Below are positions 29,537 to 37,786 of a stretch of 64,000 bases of DNA, one piece after another. The stretch covers positions 11,398 to 75,397 of the forward strand of contig CAWGOA010000010.1 of the NCBI GenBank assembly GCA_963824115.1. Reading direction: 5' to 3'. Positions within the stretch are counted from its first letter, which is position 1, and each line of letters opens with the position of its first letter. The DNA comes from an uncultured Actinomycetota bacterium (GTDB lineage: Bacteria > Actinomycetota > Actinomycetes > Propionibacteriales > Nocardioidaceae). Below the pieces are notes generated by a model, which saw only the letters and a list, made by a program, of their open reading frames with translations, was not told the origin of the DNA and did not search any database. Both the position numbers and the translations under genes were made by a program.

Positions 29537-29641
29537 CTAGGTGACCCCGGGCATCACCAGCTGCGCAAGTCCGAGCTGGTTGCCCTCACTGCCGTGGAAC
29601 CAGGCGGCCCGCTCGCCGACCGCGCCCGTGGACGGGTAGCC
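29537..29641 (-). pseudogene. 3'-terminal remnant of a VOC/glyoxalase-family gene
   Basis: Minus-strand translation GYPSTGAVGERAAWFHGSEGNQLGLAQLVMPGVT* resembles the C-terminal strand of VOC proteins (xxFxDPxGNxxxLxQ). A stop sits immediately upstream in frame, and the rest of the gene is missing (replaced by the LamG gene). Confidence 0.4.
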
Positions 29642-29720
29642 TCACGCTGAGAAGCGGCTCGCTGTGGTCAGCGGCCTGGCGCGGCGCTAGACATGAAGCC
29701 GGTCGCCGCTGTAGCGCGCG

Positions 29721-30404
29721 TCACGAGACGAATGCGTCGTAGATCTCACCCAGGAACCAGTCGGCACTGGGATCGTTCACGTCAGCCTTAGCTCCGATGC
29801 TGAGCTTGGCCGTGTTGGAGATTGACCCGATCCCGGCGGCATTGGTCTTGCTGCGCGTCGGATAGGCATCGACTTGGAGCCGCAGGGTGTTGCCCACCTT
29901 GCTGCATGTGATGGTGTGCTGCTGGCCGTCGTTGAGGCCCGCCTTGGGTCCCCAGATCACTGAGGTGGCGTGCTTGGCAGAGTCTTTCACGATGCAGAAT
30001 GCCTTCGCCACACCGTTACGCGGCACGACTTCGATCTTGAACTCCCCACCGACGGAGCTGGCCAAGCCCTTGCGAAGCAGGTCATAGTCGGTACCTGGAG
30101 CCGGCGTCGTCGTCGTGAGCGTGAGCCCGAAGGAGAAGTCGCTCGGACCAGGGTTGAGCGAGTCTGAGCTCGGGACGGTGACACGGGAGTCCGCGCCGTC
30201 GAAGACGTAGCCTTGCCCGTCACCGATGACGTTCTCGCTGTTCCCGTTGTTGTTGTTGCCCGAGTCGTCGGTCGCGGTGGTCGTGCCGATCTCGTCGAAA
30301 CCCCAGTGGCCCCGCACTGTGGCGGCTTGCGCGCCCGGTGCGGAGAGGGCGAAGACGACGCCGAACAACCCCGCGGCGATGATGGTTATGCGTGAAGCTC
30401 TCAA
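29721..30404 (-). CDS. secreted LamG/concanavalin-A-like lectin-fold protein
   Basis: TTG start with AGGAAG RBS. Signal peptide MRASRITIIAAGLFGVVFALSAPGAQA. GHWGFDE...DSGNNNNG...FDGADSRVTVP is typical of Laminin_G_3 domains. G+C is visibly lower than the surroundings. Confidence 0.75.
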   Translation of the reverse strand: MRASRITIIAAGLFGVVFALSAPGAQAATVRGHWGFDEIGTTTATDDSGNNNNGNSENVIGDGQGYVFDGADSRVTVPSSDSLNPGPSDFSFGLTLTTTTPAPGTDYDLLRKGLASSVGGEFKIEVVPRNGVAKAFCIVKDSAKHATSVIWGPKAGLNDGQQHTITCSKVGNTLRLQVDAYPTRSKTNAAGIGSISNTAKLSIGAKADVNDPSADWFLGEIYDAFVS

Positions 30405-30706
30405 GAGCGGCTTCCTACGGTTGAACGCCCGGCCCGGTGCCGAGAGTCAGGAGTGGCAAGGGCGAGAGCAGCTGCTGCCTCGATGCGACTCCGGCCGTGG
30501 CGCGCCTGATAGAGCAAATGGCCTAGCAGGCTTTCCGTTTATAGCCCATTTATAAGGGTTTAGCAATCTCGGCTAGAACTCCGACGTGGGATGTCTCGTA
30601 ATGCGGTGACACCACGTTTCCAGACGTTCACACAGCGCAGGAATTGTCAGGCTATTCGGTCCGGTGAGGCAGGTTGTCGCGTCGGGGACAGGTTTAGGGT
30701 GACGCC

Positions 30707-30982
30707 ATGGTGGTCCTCGACCTCGGCGGCGTGATCGTCGCCGTCATCATCGGAGCGCTCCCGGCATTCATCATCTGGAGGGGGTCGCAGCAGGCTCGCG
30801 TGGACAACGACGAGCTTCGTAGCGACGTGGTCAGGATGCGGGCCGAGAACTCCCGATTGCGTAAAGGACTGGATGAGATCACTCGGCGCACCATCGAGGA
30901 GGCGTCCGTGGACCCAGCGGTGAGGGACTTCTGCATCGTCATCTTGGACGAGGCCGACAAGCTCCGCAGAGATCTACCCTGA
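30707..30982 (+). CDS. small membrane-anchored coiled-coil protein, hypothetical
   Basis: N-terminal TM segment (LGGVIVAVIIGALPAFIIW) followed by a heptad-like charged helix (DELRSDVVRMRAENSRLRKGLDEI). No homolog recognised. Confidence 0.45.
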   Translation: MVVLDLGGVIVAVIIGALPAFIIWRGSQQARVDNDELRSDVVRMRAENSRLRKGLDEITRRTIEEASVDPAVRDFCIVILDEADKLRRDLP

Positions 30983-31035
30983 GGGGCCACGCCTCGTTGT
31001 GTGGACTGAAAGGGAGATGCCGTTACCCCCATGCA

Positions 31036-31446
31036 TCAGCCGTGCCGGGTGTTCCAGGCCGTGGCGGCGCCGAACGAGACACCTGCGATCGCGCCAAGCG
31101 CCGCCCACGGGTTGCCGTCCCTGCCCTGTGCAACCTCCCAGATGAACATCGCGATGATGACCAGGATCAAGACCTCGCCCGTGAACGCGAGCGACCTCAA
31201 CGAGTTGGCACGGCCTCGTTCGTCCGGCACATCACCGCCCAGCAGTCCGATCGTCTCGCTTCGGCGTCCCAAGGTGAGCAGGACTGCTGAGTACACCGCC
31301 ATGATGACGAGCGAGGTGACTGCGCTCGTCCAGTCGCCGCGAACGGCATAGATCACGAAGAAGAGCAGCCCGAAGGCGATCCCAAGGATCGGAGTGACGA
31401 ACCGCTCAATGGTCTTGCGGTTGCTGATTCGCACAAGAGTCGACAT
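31036..31446 (-). CDS. four-TM membrane protein, partner of the small XRE regulator
   Basis: Four hydrophobic segments. It overlaps the 3' end of the HTH gene by 41 nt (operonic). Confidence 0.6.
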   Translation of the reverse strand: MSTLVRISNRKTIERFVTPILGIAFGLLFFVIYAVRGDWTSAVTSLVIMAVYSAVLLTLGRRSETIGLLGGDVPDERGRANSLRSLAFTGEVLILVIIAMFIWEVAQGRDGNPWAALGAIAGVSFGAATAWNTRHG

Positions 31447-31627
31447 GGAAGATCTCCTCGATGATGGTGTCGAACTGTCTGGCGATGCGCATGGCCAGCG
31501 GGAGCGTCGGGTTGTAGCGGCCGGTCTCGATCGCGTTCACCGTCTGCCGCGAGACGCCAAGCGCAGCAGCGAGCTGGCCTTGGGACAGGCCGGCCTGCTC
31601 TCTCAGCGTGCGGACGTCATTGCGCAT
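31406..31627 (-). CDS. XRE/Cro-C1 family helix-turn-helix transcriptional regulator (about 70 aa)
   Basis: MRNDVRTLREQAGLSQGQLAAALGVSRQTVNAIETGRYNPTLPLAMRIARQFDTIIEEIF is the canonical HTH_3 pattern. Confidence 0.85.
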   Translation of the reverse strand: MRNDVRTLREQAGLSQGQLAAALGVSRQTVNAIETGRYNPTLPLAMRIARQFDTIIEEIFHVDSCANQQPQDH

Positions 31628-31630
31628 CGC

Positions 31631-31676
31631 TGTAAAGTTTGCTTGTCAGGTGATGCTCTGTCAAGCAACCTTTACA
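31631..31676. promoter_or_regulatory. 19-bp inverted repeat (17/19 match, 8-bp spacer) directly upstream of the XRE gene; candidate autoregulatory operator/promoter
   Basis: TGTAAAGTTTGCTTGTCAG-gtgatgct-CTGTCAAGCAACCTTTACA. It starts 4 nt from the ATG. On the coding strand it contains TTGACA. Confidence 0.45.
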
Positions 31677-31934
31677 ACTGGTCGAAAGGTCCGACGGCGT
31701 CGGCGACGTGGCTGGGCGCCCGAGACGCAACGTGGATCGATGACCGCCGGACCCACGTGCAATTTCCGCGTAGGCCAGCAGACGAAATCAGTAGGCGGGC
31801 AGTCGTCGGAGATAGGAGGCACCCGCCTACTGGCCGTGTGCACCCACGATTTCCGTGGCGCTCGCCACGGCTACAGCCACTCTCAGGACCGTCGCCCTCG
31901 ATCGGTTGGCAATCCCGAGCCATGACGTCCTAGG

Positions 31935-32012
31935 TCATCTGCGGCCTCGGAGAAACCCGAGAACCACCACGACCACGATGACGACAATGACGATAATAAT
32001 CAGCAATCTCAT
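31935..32012 (-). CDS. candidate 25-aa ultra-hydrophobic mini-protein (MRLLIIIVIVVIVVVVVLGFLRGRR)
   Basis: ATG...TGA, below the ORF-track cutoff, in the most AT-rich stretch of the window. A TTGACA lies 65 nt upstream on the same strand. No clear Shine-Dalgarno sequence. Confidence 0.3.
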   Translation of the reverse strand: MRLLIIIVIVVIVVVVVLGFLRGRR

Positions 32013-32078
32013 AGATCGAGAGCATAGCTGAACCCACGCGGCTGGCGGCTGATAAGAACGTGACCGTGGCCCGAGCTG

Positions 32079-32416
32079 TCAACGCCGCCTACTACCTGTT
32101 GCGCCAGTTAGTGCAGTGAACCCCCGGTCGAGGCTTTCGACGTCGACCAGGCGATAGCCCGCCCGCAGTTCTTTCGACTCCGGGTACGGGCCGTCGATGA
32201 CCTTCGGCGGGTTGACGCCGTCGGATACCACGATCTTTGCGACGTCCGGCCGGCCAGGCCCTGTGCGTCGACGAGCTCGCCGCGGTCCAGCAGCTCGACG
32301 TTGAGCGCGTGCTGGAAGTCGATGTGGGCTCTGACATCTTCGGGCGCCCACTCGGTCATGGGCGTGCACCCCTCGAGCTCGACCTCTCCGTAGGCTTGCA
32401 GGAGCATGTATCGCAT
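32079..32416 (-). pseudogene. YciI (YCII/DGPF) family protein, frameshifted near 32251 and apparently truncated at the 3' end
   Basis: MRYMLLQAYGEVELEGCTPMTEWAPEDVRAHIDFQHALNVELLDRGELVDAQGLAG, then the homologous PDVAKIVVSDGVNPPKVIDGPYPESKELRAGYRLVDVESLD continues in another frame (ORF 32079-32369). The expected C-terminal helix/strand is replaced by lower-G+C sequence. Confidence 0.6.
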
Positions 32417-32501
32417 GGCTTCATCCTCTCGTGGGAACGGGCCGTTGTGGCCGCGCTTCACCCCAAGGTCGAAGCCCGTGCGTCGTTCTCGACACCCCTC
32501 G

Positions 32502-33857
32502 CTAGGCGAGGGCACCCATCGGGTCCCACGCGGGAAGCACGCGGGGCTCCTGCTCGAGGGCGGCCTTGAGATCGTCCGGTAGGCGGTTCTTGTTCACGAC
32601 GATCTCGAAGACGTACTCCTCGAACCACGAGTCGCTCATGGTGTAGAAACCAGACACGCCGGCCTTCTTGCCCCAGCTGTTCTCGACCCGCCACCGCCGA
32701 GGATGGCCGTCGACCACGTCGACGCCGGTCAGCAGCATCGCATGCGTCATGGCGGACTCCTGGTAGCGAACCCGGTCCTCCTTGGAGAGGCTGAAGTCGG
32801 TGCCGTAGACGCCGGCCACGTCGTAGAGATGGCTGTGCCAGATCCCTAGGTCGTTCTGTAGCTGCGGACCGACGTCGCACCCGAACCAGACCGGCTCTCC
32901 ATCGACGATCGTCTCCATCGCGATCGTCTTTGCGAGCTCGATGTCGACGTTGAGGTACCGGACCGGGTTGCCCCCCACGACGTTGCCGAGATGCTCGACG
33001 GTCAGCATCTCGCCTTTGTGGTGCTCCGCGCGCGGGTCGTCGACCAAGCAGACGTAGTCACTCAGGTCGAAGGTGACGTACTTCGCGAAGAACTGCTGAG
33101 GGGTGAGCTCGCCGTCGCGGTGGAACACCTTGTCGTCGTCGGTCCACTGCCAGTCGAATGTCGCCGGCGGGGTGCCGAGATGGATGGTCAGAACCGAGTG
33201 GACGTCACCGAGGATCTCGCGCTTGGCCGCCTGGAGCTCCGCCGAGTCGGCGCCCTTGGCGACGAGCCCACGCATGCGGATGGCGCCGTGCCGCGCCAGC
33301 GACTTCAAGGCGGAGTTCATCCGCCGAGTGTCGGAGGACGACTGGGTCTCAGGCATCACGGACTTCGGCACCACTCCATGCTTCGAGAAGACGCTGACGA
33401 TCATGTCCCACTGCCCGCCGTCGTCGAGGGCGTTGACGAGCAGGAAGGAGACGAGCCGGTCGTCCGCATCGCGGTCGGCGGTGGCGAGCACGGACTCGAG
33501 GAAGAAGTTCGCCCGCTCGAGCTTGTCGTAGTACATCGCGTGGTTCTGGGAGAACTCGAAGTCCTTCACGCCAAGCCGCTTCCGGGTGCCGGACCGCAGG
33601 AGGTTGAGCCCCGCGAACAGCCAGCATCGTCCAGAGTTCTTCTGGTTCGTGACTTTCCAGTCGTCGAGTCGGTGCGACACCGAGTGCGACATCGACGTCA
33701 CGACGTCGTGGTCGAGCGCGACCTCGGCGATGCTCACGCGTGCGACGGCGTTCTGCATCCGCTTGAGCTCAGGACGCTTGGCAAAGTGTGAGCTGAACGA
33801 GGTGAGGTCGTCAGCGGTCAGCTCTGCGGTCAGTTCATCGTCTCGAGTGGGAGTCAT
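32502..33857 (-). CDS. pepC: aminopeptidase C (bleomycin-hydrolase-type C1 cysteine peptidase)
   Basis: QKNSGRCWLFAGLNLLR (catalytic Cys), HAMLLTGVD (His), WRVENSWG (Asn). Confidence 0.9.
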   Translation of the reverse strand: MTPTRDDELTAELTADDLTSFSSHFAKRPELKRMQNAVARVSIAEVALDHDVVTSMSHSVSHRLDDWKVTNQKNSGRCWLFAGLNLLRSGTRKRLGVKDFEFSQNHAMYYDKLERANFFLESVLATADRDADDRLVSFLLVNALDDGGQWDMIVSVFSKHGVVPKSVMPETQSSSDTRRMNSALKSLARHGAIRMRGLVAKGADSAELQAAKREILGDVHSVLTIHLGTPPATFDWQWTDDDKVFHRDGELTPQQFFAKYVTFDLSDYVCLVDDPRAEHHKGEMLTVEHLGNVVGGNPVRYLNVDIELAKTIAMETIVDGEPVWFGCDVGPQLQNDLGIWHSHLYDVAGVYGTDFSLSKEDRVRYQESAMTHAMLLTGVDVVDGHPRRWRVENSWGKKAGVSGFYTMSDSWFEEYVFEIVVNKNRLPDDLKAALEQEPRVLPAWDPMGALA

Positions 33858-33899
33858 CTAGCCAACCTATCCCTACGACTCGGCCGGTTGAAACCCAAT

Positions 33900-35406
33900 T
33901 CAGCCGAACTCGACTCCTTGGGCGAGGGGAAGCTCGGTTGAGTAGTTGACGGTGTTGGTCACGCGACGCATGTAGGACTTCCATGCATCGGATCCGGACT
34001 CTCGCCCTCCGCCGGTCTCTTTCTCACCGCCGAAGGCGCCGCCGATCTCCGCTCCGCTGGGGCCGATGTTGACGTTGACGATGCCGCAGTCGGAGCCGGC
34101 AGCGGAGAGGAAACTCTCGGCCTCGCGCAGATCGAGGGTGAAGATCGACGACGAAAGTCCCTGGGCGACGTCGTTGTGCAGTGCGATCGCCTCGTCGAGA
34201 TCGTGATAGTCGACGACGTACAGGATGGGGGCGAACGTCTCCGACCTCACGATGTCGGTCTGCTGCGGCATCGCGACGATGGCCGGCTCCACGTAGTAGC
34301 CGTCACCCATCGCCGTCGATCCTGCCGCCGCCGGTCACCAACCGCCCGCCGTCCTCCTGCGCGACACGGATCGCGCGAAGGAACCCGCGGTAGGCGGCCT
34401 CGTCGACCAGAGGACCCACCAGCGTGTCGGCCTCGAGTGGCGAGCCGATCGGCAGTGTCTCGTACGCAGCCTGCAGTCGGTCGACGAGCTCGGGCCTGAT
34501 CGACTCGTGCACGATGAGCCGGCGCAGGGATGTGCATCGCTGACCCGCCGTTCCAACCGCCGAGAACACGATCGCGCGCACCGCCAGATCGAGGTCGGCG
34601 CTCGGTGCGACCACTGCCGCGTTGTTGCCGCCGAGCTCCAGCAGCGATCGCCCCAGGCGCGCGGCGATCCGCGGCGCGATCTCCTGGCCCATCCTGGTCG
34701 AGCCGGTCGCAGAGACGAGAGCGATGCGACGGTCGTCGACCAACCGCTGACCGACCTGTCGGGTCCCGATCAGCACTGCCGAGACGTCGTCCGGAGCGCC
34801 TGCCCTTCTGGCTGCTTCGGACAGCAGTGCCTGACAGGCAACGGCTGTCAACGGCGTCTTCTCCGAGGGCTTCCACACGACAGTGTCTCCGCACACGAGC
34901 GCCACGGCGGCGTTCCACGACCACACCGCAACGGGGAAGTTGAAGGCGGAGATGATCCCGACCACCCCGAGCGGGTGCCACTGCTCCATCATCCGATGAC
35001 CGGGTCGCTCGGTCGCGATGGTCAGGCCGAACAGCTGGCGGGACAGCCCTACGGCGAGGTCGCAGATGTCGATCATCTCCTGGACCTCACCCACGCCCTC
35101 GGAGATGATCTTGCCGGCTTCGATCGACACGAGGGCGCCAAGGTCCTGCTTGTGCTGGCGCAGCAGCTGACCGAGCTCGCGGACGAGCTGCCCGCGCACA
35201 GGAGCCGGTACCAGGCGCCACGTCGCGTGGGCTCGCTGGGCTCGCGCGACGACGGCGTCGACGTCTGCATCCGCGTGCGACCTGAGCCGGCCGAGCTCAC
35301 CCCCGTCGATGGGGGATCGCGCTACCAGATCGCCGTCGGCGCTGAACGGGTCCACTGCCCCAAGTCGGCCCAAGATGTCGGATGCGCGCCCAGCGAGTTC
35401 GTCCAC
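33900..35406 (-). pseudogene. ALDH7-type aldehyde dehydrogenase (piperideine-6-carboxylate dehydrogenase-like), frame break at about 34306
   Basis: FNFPVAVWSWNAAVALVCGDTVVWKPSE, LELGGNNA, GTAGQRCTSLRR in ORF 34303-35796, which ends ...GGRIDGDG*. The overlapping ORF 33900-34310 continues [11 protein letters not shown]...[11 protein letters not shown] one-base excess in a G-run explains the break. Likely GTG start at 35406. Confidence 0.85.
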
Positions 35407-35461
35407 CCACCCACCTTCGCGATCGGGGCTCCCACGCGCAAGACGCAGGCATACTGACCGG

Positions 35462-36855
35462 ATGACGGATCGCACGGCTGCGGTCTCACGGCGTTCGCTG
35501 GTGGCTGCCGCGGCGGCGGGGTCGCTGTCTGCGGCCATGCGGCCGGCCGATGCCGTCTCTGGCGCTAGCCGAGGCGCCGTCGTCGTGGTTGTCGGTGGGG
35601 AATGGCGGGGATCTCCGCTGCCGACCGGCTGCGCCGGCTCGGGTACGACGTACGGATTGTCGAGGCGCGCAACCGCGTGGGTGGTCGGATTCATACCTGG
35701 CGGGGGTGGCCCCACTCGACAGTGGACCTGGGAGCGTCCTGGATCCACGGCTACGCAGCGGGCAACCCGATCACACCGATCGCACGCAGAGCACACGCGC
35801 GGCTGGTGCCGTCGTCGTACTCGTCGGGCCAGATACGCATCGACCCGACGTTACGGGCGGCCGGCGTCACGGGGCCGAACAGCGCTCGCTGGGCACGGGT
35901 CGTCGACCAGGCCGAGCGACGCGCCGGCCGGCGGCCACGCGACGAGTCGCTGGCGCAGGCGGTACGCCGACGTGTGTCCGATCGCCATCTCGACGGGATC
36001 GAGGAGGATGAGCTGGCCTTCTACCTGAACGCCAACTACACCACGGAGTGGGGTGCCGACCCCGTTCGGTTGTCCGCCTTGACAGTGGACGAGGGCAAGG
36101 AGTACGGCCCCACCGGCGAAGACGCCTTCTTCCCGAACGGCTATGACCAGGTCACGAACTACCTGGCGCGACACCTGAACGTCCATACGGGAGTCGTGGT
36201 GCGACGCGTGGAGCTGCGCCAGCGCGGGGTCGAGGTGCAGACGAGCGCCGGGAGCATCCACGCCAGGGCTGTTGTGGTGACTGTCCCGCTCGGCGTCTTG
36301 AAACAGCAAGGGATCGCGTTCGTGCCCTTGCTTCCACGAGGCCACGACGTGGCGATCGACCGGCTGGGGATGGGAGTGCTCAGCAAGACCTTCCTGCGCT
36401 TCGACGCGCCGTTCTGGCCGGTTGACATGGACTGGCAGGAGTACCTCGGACCGCGTCACGGAGCCTGGGCCGAGTGGTTCAGCATGGCGAAGGCGGGCCC
36501 ACCGGTGATCCTCTGCTTCCACGGGGGGCGCCGGGCGCGGGAGATCGAGAGGGCTCATCCCGACGAGGTACGAGACGAGGCCATGCGGGTGCTGCGCACG
36601 ATGTTCGGCCATCGCATCCCGGATCCCCTCGCCCACCTGACAACTGCCTGGTCAATGGACCGGTTCGCGCACGGCTCGTACTCGACGAACGCCGTCGGCT
36701 CGACCCGCGCCGATCGGGTGTCGCTGGGCGAACCGGTCGACGGGCGGCTGTTCTTCGCCGGCGAGGCGACCGAGCCCGACTACAGCTCGACCGTGCACGG
36801 CGCGTACCGGACCGGAGTGCGGGCGGCTCACCAAGTCGCCGCCACCCTCGGTTGA
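35462..36855 (+). pseudogene. Tat-signal flavin-dependent amine oxidase, frame break at about 35598 inside the GxGxxG motif
   Basis: MTDRTAAVSRRSLVAAAAAGSLSAA (twin-arginine signal) ...AVVVVVGG lies in the frame of ORF 35309. MAGISAADRLRRLGYDVRIVEARNRVGGRIHTW... lies in ORF 35602-36855. C-terminal FFAGEATE. Confidence 0.78.
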
Positions 36856-36858
36856 CCC

Positions 36859-36915
36859 CGACACGTCACCACCGGCCCACGACACGCCGTACGACGACCA
36901 CCGATTGACGTGTCG
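36859..36915. repeat. 10-bp perfect inverted repeat (CGACACGTCA / TGACGTGTCG) at a convergent junction, related to 4688-4731
   Basis: Shares a 16-mer ACGTCACCACCGGCCC (reverse complement) and GACACGCCG with the 4688-4731 element. Confidence 0.3.
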
Positions 36916-36959
36916 ACGAGCGGCGACCTCCCGCCGGCTCGGACAGTCACTCTTCCAGG

Positions 36960-37784
36960 TCAGATGGGCAGGCTCTTGAACTGCTCGACCTGTGCTCGGA
37001 TCGCGCGCTCGGTCGGCAACCGCTCCATGCTCGAGGCTCCGAAGAAGCCGACGATCCCCGTGGTGCGCTCGAGGACATGGCGTGCATCGTCGGGCTCGGC
37101 GATCGGCCCGCCGTGACAGAGCACGATGACGTCCGGGTTCACCGCCTTCGCCGCGTCGTGCATGCGCCTGCACCGCCTCCACCGCCTCGTCGAGCGTCAT
37201 CGCGGTGGCCGCGCCGATCGTGCCCTTGGTGGTCAGGCCCATGTGCGGGACCAGCACGTCTGCCCCGGCCCGGGTCATGGCCACCGCCTGGCTCGGCGTC
37301 GAAGACGTACGGCGCAGTCAGCAGATCGAGGTCGTGGGCCGCGGCGATCATGTCGACCTCGAGACCGAAGCCCATGCCGGTCTCCTCCAGGTTCTGCCGG
37401 AACATGCCGTCGATCAGGCCGACAGTGGGGAAGTTCTGCACGCCGGTGAAGCCCGGCTCGCTGCAGCTCGCGCAGGAACGGCGTCATCAGCCGGAACGGA
37501 TCGGTGCCGCACACGCCGGCCAGGACGGGCGTGCGCTGCACGATGGGGAGCACCTCGCGGGCCATCTCCATCACGATGGCGTTGGCGTCGCCGTACGGCA
37601 TCATGCCGGCGAGCGAGCCGCGGCCGGCCATGCGGTAGCGGCCGGAGTTGTAGATGATGAGCAGGTCGATGCCGCCGGCCTCCGCGGACTTGGCGGACAG
37701 GCCGGTGCCGGCTCCGCCGCCGATGACCGGCCGTCGCGACTCGATCTGTCGACGCAGCCCAGCCAGTGCAGTGTCGCGATCCAC
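36960..37784 (-). pseudogene. phosphoenolpyruvate-hydrolase-like TIM-barrel protein (PF09370-type), three frame breaks
   Basis: Pieces in three frames read consecutively: [50 protein letters not shown]...FLRELQRAG | [35 protein letters not shown]...PYVFD | [23 protein letters not shown] | [21 protein letters not shown]...GFFGASSMERLP. Breaks at about 37452, 37285 and 37165. Confidence 0.75.
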
Positions 37785-37786
37785 GC

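Noticed and set aside
31940-32025. A plus-strand reading of the AT-rich stretch, which gives an acidic/His-rich peptide (SEKPENHHDHDDDNDDNNQQSH).
   Set aside because: That frame has no ATG, GTG or TTG start after the preceding stop. The minus-strand mini-ORF has a proper ATG and stop.
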